Source: a virus (Duplodnaviria; Caudoviricetes). Taken from it: DNA of 25,036 nucleotides. Location of the stretch: positions 1 to 25,036 of IMG/VR virus record IMGVR_UViG_3300009095_000066; one strand, 5' to 3'. The position numbers and the translations under genes were made by a program. Within the stretch, counting starts at the first letter, position 1; each line of letters begins with the position of its first letter. Shown piece by piece: positions 1 through 8,250 of this stretch. Below the pieces are notes generated by a model, which ran no database searches, was not told where the DNA came from, and saw only the letters and a program-made list of their open reading frames with translations.

Positions 1-770
1 TCTCCACCAGGAGCTAAAAGTTTGTTGTCCTGGACAAAATTGGTTGAGGTGGCCGAAAGAATCTGCCTATTGTTTCTTCTCGTATCGATTCTAATATAAT
101 TACTTAATCCCGTTGGTGAGTAGATACGAACTCCACGGTAACCTGAAAATGAACTATCGCCATCTTGTTTATTATATCCAAGAACCCAAGGTTTAGTTCG
201 AAGAACTGAAGACCCACCTAGGCTGAGATCCACAACGAATCCTCCAGAATCACACTTAGATTCCAAAATATCGTTAGTTACGATAAAACGATCTCGACCA
301 GAAATTGTCAAAGTTATTGGATCCGTCGTGAAAGCCGGGTTCGAGCGAAATATCGTGACGTAAATATCAGGGAACTCAGCAGTGGCGGGTCTAGATACAT
401 CAACAACGTAGCCGTTAATTGAATACACAGCTGCTGTTCCATATGTAACAGTTCGGATGGCGATTCCTAGAAAATTTCCACTGTTCACAGTAGAATAAAA
501 TTTCCGGCGCCAAGTTGTGTCATCGGTATAACCAGGACCAGCCGAAACAGCTAAGCGAATCGTTCGTCCGCCACGAGAAATATTGTTAACATGGACTCCG
601 GTCAGGGCTGCTTTCTTTCGAGTGGTAAAGACAGCCCTGACCGGTCCTAATCCATCTGAGTCACGAAGAATATACTCTGCGTTACCTCTTTCAAAAGGAT
701 TGGCAATTCGTACACTCGATAAACCCACACCATCATTGTTGAGATGGGTGATGGTGATGGAATCAATCAT
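1..770 (-). CDS. Distal tail (Dit)-like / minor tail protein, truncated by window edge
   Basis: Not in ORF track. ATG at 770-768 overlaps the tape-measure stop (TAATG). Reads MIDSITITHLNNDGVGLSSVRIANPFERGNAEYILRDSDGLGPVRA... towards the window edge. Product is inferred from position directly after the tape measure gene. Confidence 0.65.
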   Translation of the reverse strand, partial: MIDSITITHLNNDGVGLSSVRIANPFERGNAEYILRDSDGLGPVRAVFTTRKKAALTGVHVNNISRGGRTIRLAVSAGPGYTDDTTWRRKFYSTVNSGNFLGIAIRTVTYGTAAVYSINGYVVDVSRPATAEFPDIYVTIFRSNPAFTTDPITLTISGRDRFIVTNDILESKCDSGGFVVDLSLGGSSVLRTKPWVLGYNKQDGDSSFSGYRGVRIYSPTGLSNYIRIDTRRNNRQILSATSTNFVQDNKLLAPGG

Positions 771-3700
771 TATACGTCCAAACTCCTTTGCGAGACCGCG
801 ATAAGACTCTTCGTGTCACGATACACTTCCGAAGGAGAAACAGCCTTCGGAGAATTAATCGTTTGATTATATTCAATTTTGGTTGCTTGGGGTTTAGCAT
901 CAGTAATAGTTGCCTCATAACGAGAAAGATCAATCTCATCTTGAAGCTGAATATTATCAGAGGCCAAACCTTGATTGTAACGTGTATCCAGAATAAGGTT
1001 CTGATGCCCCATCATACCATTAATGCTACTTGCGTCTTTCTGCACCTGACTTAGGTCGAGGACTGGTGTGATTGTTGGGTTGAGTCCGGATTCTATGGTC
1101 ATCATATGCTCTACGTCAGACAAGCTAGACTTGACTGCGTCTAGAGCTGTTGAGCCCATGCGTTTGGCCGAGTCAGAAACAACTCGGTTACTACCATCCA
1201 TACCTTCAACAAAACCCTCGCCTGTCCAGTTTCCAATCTCCTTGAAAACCTTCGAGGGAGAGTTAATCCCCAACCAGTCTTTCACAGTGGCTACAGCACT
1301 ATCCGCAAGATTCTTTGCTGCGTCTACAACTTCAGAAATACCTGCAGTAATTCCCTCTACCATACCGTTAATAATGGAAACCGCCAATCTTCCACCGGCA
1401 GCCCCCATTTCTTCAGCATTCTCATCGATCGCATCACTGATACCATTAATGAAATCAATAATGAGTTCAAATCCAGCATCAATAATGTCGGGAAGACCTT
1501 CCCCAATACCGCGAATGAATTCTGCAATAATTTCAAGAGAAACGGTTGTTACTTCCGAAATATTATCACGAATACACTGTAGTATACCAAGGATGATTCC
1601 GAACCCCTTCTCAACAAAGCTGGGGACGTGCTCTTCCAAACTGGAAAGTAGTGCATCAATCATTGTCAAAATTGCTTCAACAATTTCAGGAATGGTTTCG
1701 GTAATCGCCTCCACCGCGGTGCTAATAAGAGTCTTAAACAGGTTCTTCATAACCGGTGCATTCTCAATCAAGAGATTAGCAATATTAATAAGACCTTCAC
1801 CGATTTTGGTTGCGATCATTGGTATAGTATTTGCAATAGCGGTAATAAAAGCGACCACAATACCTACGCCAGCACTACCAACAGCAATCAATGCTGTTAG
1901 AGATGTAGTAAATGCCAGCATGCCAACACCAGCCAAAGCGATGCCAATACCAAGAAGAGTGACTGCCGCAGCAAAACCAAGAAGCCCCGGAATTGCAGGG
2001 AGTAGGAGTACACCAGCAACAGCAACAAGTCCCAGCGCCAGTCCCAGCGCACCCAAACCTGTCCAAATTTGACTCCACTTAAGCCCACCAAGAGTAATCA
2101 AAGTGTCTGTAAGCGCATTCAAACCAATACTAGCTACTGTAAGGGCAATAGCACCAGGAAGTGCTGCAATCATCAATGTGAGACCAAGGGCCATAATAAT
2201 GAGCGAGCCACCCAAAGCTACAATGCCCTTTCCAATCTCGCCCCACTTCATCTGTCCCATCTGTTTAAAGATGGGAATGAAGATTTGGAATGCTGCAGCA
2301 GCAACTGTCAAAGCAATAGCACCAGGAAGAGCCGCGATCATAGCAGTCAATCCCACAGCCATAAGGATGAGAGTTCCTGCTAGAACCGTCATACCCTTTC
2401 CGATTTCACCCCAGGACAATTTACCCATTCTCTCCAGGGGACCAATAAGGACCTGAAGTGCGGCAGCGCCTACCACGAGACCGGCAGCACCCAGAAGAGT
2501 AGTAGGACTTCCCATAACAATGAGAGCCAGAGACAAAAGCGTTAGAGCTCCCAATAAAGTTACCATACTTCGGGCAATTTCACCCCAAGACATAGCACCC
2601 ATTTCCTGAAGAGGTTTGATCATGATATTCAAAGCCGTTGCGACGAGAATAAGACCCAGACCTGCACCGATGGTATTAAATCCACCACCAGAGAATTGAG
2701 AGAAAAGACCAAGCATAAGAAGTAGACCGCCAATAGCAGCTGCACCCTTACCAAGCTCTTCCCACTTCATATCACCAAGAATTTTCATGGGAATGATGAG
2801 TATGTTCAGAGCGATTCCGAGAAGAATCATTGCACCGGAGGCTTTAACAATACCCCGGATCTTAGACGCACCCATCCATTGCGTGAAAAGACCCAACATA
2901 GCCAACAATGAACCGATTCCAGCCGCGCCCTTACCGAGGCTCTCCCAATCCAATTGCGAAAGAGCAACAAGAGAGATCGTAAGGAGACCGATTGCGACGC
3001 CCAACAAAATAAGACCAGTTGCTAGCACAGGAAGCTTCAAGATGATGCCGCCCTGTGCTAGTTTGTCAAATAATGCGAGAGAACCAATAAGTTGACCAAA
3101 CATAACTGTCATAGCAGTCAACGAAGAGGCGAGACGGACCGGATCAACAGGACTTAGAGCGATGACTGAAGCTGTAAGGAGTGCGATGGCTCCAGCAATC
3201 TTCAGAAGAGTTCCAGCCTTGAGATTGTTCTGCATTGCCTCCATCGTATCGGTAAGAGATCCAAAGATACCCTTAATCGAATCGATGATTCCGCCGGCGC
3301 CTTCCTTATCGAAGAAACCCGTGATCTTGTCAAGGGCCTTCTTAAGAACGACACCAATGCCCGCAAGGCTTCCCACACCGAGAAGACCGATCGCGTCACC
3401 AATATCTGCGCCCGAGAACATCTTTTTAATGACATCCAGAGCATTGCTAAAGGCCTCACCGATCCAATCAAGGAGAGGCTGAAGGAATCGCTTCACAGAC
3501 TTCATGATCTTCATAAAGCCCGAGAATGCTTTCTTTGTTCCCTCGACCATAGCCTGAATAGGGCTAAAAGAGTCAACGAAACGGTCGAAGCCAGCCTTTA
3601 GAGCCTCCCAACCAGCAGCAAAACCATCAAGCGCAGACGTCTTAATGATTCCACCGAGCTTACCAAGGAACTTTACAGCTTCCTTAATACCCGTGACGAT

Positions 3701-5263
3701 ACCTACGAGGACGTCCCCGATGACTTCAAAGGTGCGACTAAGTGCGTCACCTGATTTAATAAAGTCTCGGAAGTTGACAAGAGCGTCTCCAAGTGAACCA
3801 CTAAATTCAGCAACTCCACCAGCACCGTCAAAGAATTCGCCGAAGACACGACCGATGACGTTACCGATTTCCTTGAAGATAGTCCAGACAATATCAAGAA
3901 CAGCAAAGAGACCTCGGAAGGTTCGCTTGACATTAGCAGTCGTTCGATCTCCCATTTTGAGCTTTTCAGTGAAGTTCGCAAGGGCTTCAGTAATAGCCGC
4001 AATCTGCTTACCCGTAATGGGCGGGAAGATCTCTCGGAATGCTTCCTTGATGGGTTTAACCATCTTCTGAATGGCATTAAACAGATTAACTACGATGCGA
4101 ATGGCTGAATCTCGACCGCCCGCCTCAATCCAACCCGAAATCAAAGAGTTTCGAGCATCACCCATCGAATCGATGACGGGTCCGATAGCGTCATTTGCTG
4201 CGGTAAAGAGTTTTGTTGCTTGATCAAAGTCGCCCACAAATAGTTTGAAGCTCTCAGACCAAGAAGATCCAACAGCTTCCTTCATGGTGTCCATCAACTG
4301 CGTAAAGGTTCGAACCTTCGTTGCAGCATCTTCAGCAATCTTCTGCTGAGCAAGGAACCCATTCGCGCCGTTAATCTGAGCATCCGTAAGTCCCAACTGA
4401 GCCATTTCAGCTTCAGTCATATCGCCCGCCATAATCTGGAGGTACTTGGACATTACGTCGGCAGAAAGCCAACCCTTCTCCAGCGAACCGTTGAAGTCGC
4501 TCATAACTTCTTCGGGGTTGGTACCCATTTCGGAAATCGTACCCATCGCTTCAGCGATCTGGACAAGACCTTCCTGCATGTTCTTGTTACCCATACCAAC
4601 GTTCTGAAGCGAACGCCAGTCCATGAGTCGAGTAGTACCTGCAGAAAGTGCCTGAGAAAGCTGATACGCGGCAGAAGCGGCACCCTGAGCATTAGTTCCC
4701 GAAGCTGCAGCAGCATTCGAGAAACCCTTGATCATACTTGTTGATTCTTCAAGCTCAAGACCCGCATTCGTAAACAGACCGATATTTCGGGTCATGTCTG
4801 CGAAGTTATAAATAGTCTTATCAGCGTAGTGGTTCAGCTCATCAAGGGAGTTATTTACCTGCTCAAGAGTCGTTCCATACTTGTTGGTATTAGCGAGGAT
4901 AGTCTGGATCGAGTTCATATTGAGCTCGTATTCCCGGAAACCATCCATGACTGGGTCGAGGCTCAAAGATTTAAGAATCCTTGCGCCGGCATCTACAGCC
5001 TTATTAACAACATTATTAAGAACGCTAAATGCCACCACGCCCATGGCACTAAACTTACTTGATATGGACTCAATACCTTCAGCCATACCTTGTAAAGAGA
5101 ATCGCTTCGCACGACTCTCAATATCATCCATACCTTTGGATGCGTCCTTTAGCTGGAGCGACTTCTTAAGTCCGTCCAGAGCACCAATGGTGTCCTTGAC
5201 GCCAGACATGAACTTACCATTGTTGAATTCCATATTGACAATACGATCGTCAATGCTGCTCAT
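770..5263 (-). CDS. Tape measure protein (1497 aa)
   Basis: Longest ORF of the tail module. Tape-measure-type N-terminus (LNHYADKTIYNFADMT, AYQLSQALSAG), long Ala/Gly/Leu-rich hydrophobic W-spaced repeats, C-terminal LGINSPSKVF motif common in TMPs. Confidence 0.95.
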   Translation of the reverse strand: MSSIDDRIVNMEFNNGKFMSGVKDTIGALDGLKKSLQLKDASKGMDDIESRAKRFSLQGMAEGIESISSKFSAMGVVAFSVLNNVVNKAVDAGARILKSLSLDPVMDGFREYELNMNSIQTILANTNKYGTTLEQVNNSLDELNHYADKTIYNFADMTRNIGLFTNAGLELEESTSMIKGFSNAAAASGTNAQGAASAAYQLSQALSAGTTRLMDWRSLQNVGMGNKNMQEGLVQIAEAMGTISEMGTNPEEVMSDFNGSLEKGWLSADVMSKYLQIMAGDMTEAEMAQLGLTDAQINGANGFLAQQKIAEDAATKVRTFTQLMDTMKEAVGSSWSESFKLFVGDFDQATKLFTAANDAIGPVIDSMGDARNSLISGWIEAGGRDSAIRIVVNLFNAIQKMVKPIKEAFREIFPPITGKQIAAITEALANFTEKLKMGDRTTANVKRTFRGLFAVLDIVWTIFKEIGNVIGRVFGEFFDGAGGVAEFSGSLGDALVNFRDFIKSGDALSRTFEVIGDVLVGIVTGIKEAVKFLGKLGGIIKTSALDGFAAGWEALKAGFDRFVDSFSPIQAMVEGTKKAFSGFMKIMKSVKRFLQPLLDWIGEAFSNALDVIKKMFSGADIGDAIGLLGVGSLAGIGVVLKKALDKITGFFDKEGAGGIIDSIKGIFGSLTDTMEAMQNNLKAGTLLKIAGAIALLTASVIALSPVDPVRLASSLTAMTVMFGQLIGSLALFDKLAQGGIILKLPVLATGLILLGVAIGLLTISLVALSQLDWESLGKGAAGIGSLLAMLGLFTQWMGASKIRGIVKASGAMILLGIALNILIIPMKILGDMKWEELGKGAAAIGGLLLMLGLFSQFSGGGFNTIGAGLGLILVATALNIMIKPLQEMGAMSWGEIARSMVTLLGALTLLSLALIVMGSPTTLLGAAGLVVGAAALQVLIGPLERMGKLSWGEIGKGMTVLAGTLILMAVGLTAMIAALPGAIALTVAAAAFQIFIPIFKQMGQMKWGEIGKGIVALGGSLIIMALGLTLMIAALPGAIALTVASIGLNALTDTLITLGGLKWSQIWTGLGALGLALGLVAVAGVLLLPAIPGLLGFAAAVTLLGIGIALAGVGMLAFTTSLTALIAVGSAGVGIVVAFITAIANTIPMIATKIGEGLINIANLLIENAPVMKNLFKTLISTAVEAITETIPEIVEAILTMIDALLSSLEEHVPSFVEKGFGIILGILQCIRDNISEVTTVSLEIIAEFIRGIGEGLPDIIDAGFELIIDFINGISDAIDENAEEMGAAGGRLAVSIINGMVEGITAGISEVVDAAKNLADSAVATVKDWLGINSPSKVFKEIGNWTGEGFVEGMDGSNRVVSDSAKRMGSTALDAVKSSLSDVEHMMTIESGLNPTITPVLDLSQVQKDASSINGMMGHQNLILDTRYNQGLASDNIQLQDEIDLSRYEATITDAKPQATKIEYNQTINSPKAVSPSEVYRDTKSLIAVSQRSLDV

Positions 5264-5640
5264 GCAGAAGTCACCGCCTTCCAGACGCTTTCGGCTATTT
5301 GATCAAAAATCGGTTTAATTGCAGGATTAATAAAGTCTCGACCCTGCACATACCCACCGGTACCGGTAGAATGTCCATATTGTAGTAGGATAACGATAGG
5401 TACACCATTAACCCCATAGTTGTTTAACCATGAAATAGAGTAAACGTTTCTTCGTTTGGTAATTTCATAGCTCCAAGATCCAGCAGTTACACCAGACTCG
5501 CTGGGGGTACTAGATGCTAAAGCCCTAACACCTTGCTCGCCGTAATGAGATAATACTGAAAATATATCATTACGGGACATCTTTTTAAGAAATTTTTCGG
5601 TCCGTTTGAAATTTCCCGAAGAAGTTACTCGAATACTCAT
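5260..5640 (-). CDS. HK97 gp10-like tail completion/neck protein
   Basis: 126 aa. Motifs TPSESGVTAGSW, LQYGH and GRDFINPAI resemble the HK97 gp10 family. Start and stop overlap both neighbours (TGATG, ATGA). Confidence 0.65.
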   Translation of the reverse strand: MSIRVTSSGNFKRTEKFLKKMSRNDIFSVLSHYGEQGVRALASSTPSESGVTAGSWSYEITKRRNVYSISWLNNYGVNGVPIVILLQYGHSTGTGGYVQGRDFINPAIKPIFDQIAESVWKAVTSA

Positions 5641-6257
5641 CACATACCTATTAATCCCGTTAAGTCTGAAGGCATTAAAGCTCGAGGTGCGGTCGTGGAA
5701 CTACCATAAATAATATTCTCTAGACGAGTATAATTTGCCGTAGAGAGCAAACTCTCAGAGAATTTGTAGTATTTGGTGGGAAGACCCGGAAGTCCCATAA
5801 GTTCACTCAAACCCCAGCCATCTAACACAACATCCCACTTCAAACTCACATTGTTAAAAATGTTACTAAGAGAACCATACGACACTGACGAAGAAGTAAA
5901 AATACAATTAGGGAAGTAATGGATTATATGTTTGATTTCACCGAGATCGTTTAAAACTTTAGATCGAAAAGAAAAATCAACAGACAAACCGGCATTTATA
6001 AATGTATCCAATACGTCAGGATAGGTATAAGCTGTAACACTCAGTGCGGGAAGGCTAGGTGTGACTGATCGAGCCATCGCCCCGTAAAGGTAAATGGGTC
6101 TAGATGTATCACTTCGCTCATTTCGAACATCGACGTTAGTTAGACCATTCCAAGGAGCTGCAGAACCGAGCAACTCAAGAGATGGGAGCAACACACCACG
6201 ATCAACACCACCATGCGTCTTTCGGTTACCCGAGGTATCCCATGTGAATCTTGTCAT
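5640..6257 (-). CDS. Major-tail-protein-like paralog (minor tube/tail protein)
   Basis: Likely ATG at 6257. FTWDTSGNRKTHGGVDRGVL..WNGLTNV..AYTYPD aligns by eye with the MTP's LEWDKTGERRYETGVDHGVL..WNGLTTV..AFTYPD. Confidence 0.7.
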   Translation of the reverse strand: MTRFTWDTSGNRKTHGGVDRGVLLPSLELLGSAAPWNGLTNVDVRNERSDTSRPIYLYGAMARSVTPSLPALSVTAYTYPDVLDTFINAGLSVDFSFRSKVLNDLGEIKHIIHYFPNCIFTSSSVSYGSLSNIFNNVSLKWDVVLDGWGLSELMGLPGLPTKYYKFSESLLSTANYTRLENIIYGSSTTAPRALMPSDLTGLIGM

Positions 6258-6261
6258 AACT

Positions 6262-6810
6262 CTACCCCGTCGTTCCCATCTGCTGGCGTCGTTGTGCATT
6301 AAGTGCTTGTTGTCGAGTTTTCAAATCTCGAGCTGACATTTTCTTTTCCGGCTGATTCTTCTGATTGATTACTTTAATAAGAGTGAGGAGACGATTGATA
6401 TGCCACATCTCAAACTCGACAGGAATATTTAAAGTAACCATCCAATAATAAATGATCTCACTGGTAATGAAAGAAGCTGAACTATGACTAGTCTTTTCTC
6501 CCGGAAGAGTATTAAAGATTGTGGCGGTCATCTTAGCTTTAATATAAGCGTTAATAGCCTTAAGATGGTCTTCAGTGAGACGATCAGTTGGAAGATCTGA
6601 CGGATGAATATTAATACACATAAAACGAATGTAATCAATAGTTTGTTCATCTGTCCGAGGAGTATCAGTAAGGAAAGGAATTTCCCATTTTGACTCCCAT
6701 TTTGAGAGGGCCACGAGAGAATGCTCCATTTCAATATTCATTTCATTTGTTCGTAGAAATTTTCCTTCTTCTTCCGAATAAAATTCATCATAAACTTTCA
6801 ATGTAAGCAT
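6262..6810 (-). CDS. Tail assembly chaperone-like protein
   Basis: 182 aa, immediately downstream of the major tail gene, with EHSLVALSKWESKW and WHINRLLTLI motifs. Function is inferred from position. Confidence 0.6.
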   Translation of the reverse strand: MLTLKVYDEFYSEEEGKFLRTNEMNIEMEHSLVALSKWESKWEIPFLTDTPRTDEQTIDYIRFMCINIHPSDLPTDRLTEDHLKAINAYIKAKMTATIFNTLPGEKTSHSSASFITSEIIYYWMVTLNIPVEFEMWHINRLLTLIKVINQKNQPEKKMSARDLKTRQQALNAQRRQQMGTTG

Positions 6811-6832
6811 TCTCTCGTGGCCCTTCAGCTAG

Positions 6833-7609
6833 TTACTGCTCGACGTACTCGATCGAGTCGTCTTCCTTCGGCTCTTCAACCGAAGCGTCCTGACCTTCGG
6901 TCTGTTCAGAAGTGAGAGCAAAGCTCTGCACGCCCGACGTTCCCGAGACTCCGGAAAGAAGAGACAGAATCTCAGCCGGAAGAGGTAGACGTGCCTCAGT
7001 GTTCGAACCTGCACCGTACAGAACATCCGTAACGGCCTTCATCTGAGCATCACTCAGAACCGTCGAGTCCAGAGTCATCGAAGCGGTCGGCTTAAGATTG
7101 GGGTAAGCGGATCCAATCGAAACGGCCTCTGTCGTAAGCTCCCAACTAAACGTGATCGCCTCGGGCGAGTCGTTAACCGTGTTGTAAGCCTTCTCAGAAG
7201 GGGACGCCGAAGCACCCCAGATGAGGTGGATCTTGTAACCGTGGTCCTGACCCTCGGTGTCGTTACCGACCTTGGTGCGGTAAGACAGACCGAACTTCTT
7301 ACGAGTCTGCTGACCCACAGCCACACCCGGAATTGGAGCAGCCGTACCGTCACACTCCGCGAACTCGTCGGGGTAGGTGAAGGCCTCGATGGTTGCACCG
7401 AACTCTTCAGCCGAGAAGAGGTTGAGGTACTTAATGTTGTCAGCATACTGCGGCGAAGCCTCAGCACCCGAAGGCGACTCGGTAACGGTCGTCAGACCAT
7501 TCCAAACCACACCCTCAGGGTAGGTTCCCGTGCTGCTGGCAGGGTAGAGAACGCCGTGGTCGACACCAGTCTCGTAACGGCGCTCACCAGTCTTGTCCCA
7601 TTCAAGCAT
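6833..7609 (-). CDS. Major tail (tube) protein
   Basis: 258 aa with GVDHGVLY, WNGLTTVTESPSG, YADNIKY and TVNDSPEAITFSWE motifs of a phi13-like tail tube family. AGGAG RBS and C-ending codon bias. Confidence 0.9.
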   Translation of the reverse strand: MLEWDKTGERRYETGVDHGVLYPASSTGTYPEGVVWNGLTTVTESPSGAEASPQYADNIKYLNLFSAEEFGATIEAFTYPDEFAECDGTAAPIPGVAVGQQTRKKFGLSYRTKVGNDTEGQDHGYKIHLIWGASASPSEKAYNTVNDSPEAITFSWELTTEAVSIGSAYPNLKPTASMTLDSTVLSDAQMKAVTDVLYGAGSNTEARLPLPAEILSLLSGVSGTSGVQSFALTSEQTEGQDASVEEPKEDDSIEYVEQ

Positions 7610-7618
7610 GAGTTACTC

Positions 7619-7927
7619 CTAAAAGTAAAGGTTGTAAATATCGTGGTTAAGATTGTCCGATACGAAAAAGCGCTCGAACGTACACAGCGGAAGATCTGCA
7701 ATAAGATCGGGGATCTCACTATCAGGATCTTGATCAATGATAGTGACAGAATATCGCTTAGTATTAATGTATGGTGTGTTATCTGCATGTTGTACTAAAC
7801 GTCGATCTCGAGAGTACACGATTGCAGGATAAGACATCTTTACATTGGCCGGAGGTTGAAAATATACCTGACCATTCGGGTTGAGACTGAGTAGGAGGGA
7901 ATGCAGTTCAAGCCGGCTTCGGGCCAT
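7619..7927 (-). CDS. Tail terminator protein
   Basis: VYFQPP..MSYPAIVY..HADN motif, located just upstream of the major tail gene. Likely ATG at 7927. Confidence 0.75.
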   Translation of the reverse strand: MARSRLELHSLLLSLNPNGQVYFQPPANVKMSYPAIVYSRDRRLVQHADNTPYINTKRYSVTIIDQDPDSEIPDLIADLPLCTFERFFVSDNLNHDIYNLYF

Positions 7928-8234
7928 TATACACACCTCCTACTCGAATGAGCAGACGGGGAGCCTGCACTTCGACCTCTGTGATCTTCCACAGGCTCCC
8001 CATCCACTCAATGTAGCGCATCGCATGGAAGTTTTCCCATGCAAACTTATCGGCAACAATCTTGAAAGAATTACCAATCGTCAGATCATCGTTGACTTTG
8101 TCTCCGTCACGAGTAATACGAGTGTCACGAATGACATCACCGTAATATTCATGCTCAACCATTCGGTCACGCCAAACGCCGGGCGCGGTCTCTTCCGAGA
8201 ATCCATACCCAACCTTGCCAAAGAATTTAGTCAT
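7908..8234 (-). CDS. Head-to-tail stopper / head closure protein
   Basis: 108 aa, beta-rich (MRYIEWMGSLWKITEVEV..PRLLI), directly after the capsid gene, AAGGAG RBS. Confidence 0.7.
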   Translation of the reverse strand: MTKFFGKVGYGFSEETAPGVWRDRMVEHEYYGDVIRDTRITRDGDKVNDDLTIGNSFKIVADKFAWENFHAMRYIEWMGSLWKITEVEVQAPRLLIRVGGVYNGPKPA

Positions 8235-8250
8235 GCGATGCGCTCCTTAA

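Noticed and set aside
1068-5318. Multiple plus-strand ORFs over the tape measure gene
   Set aside because: I/P/S/A-rich mirror translations of the hydrophobic TMP repeats.
6258-6330. Programmed -1 frameshift joining the chaperone to the next ORF
   Set aside because: The downstream ORF is in the +1 frame, no XXXYYYZ slippery site is visible in the overlap, and it has its own ATG at 6257 with an MTP-like N-terminus.
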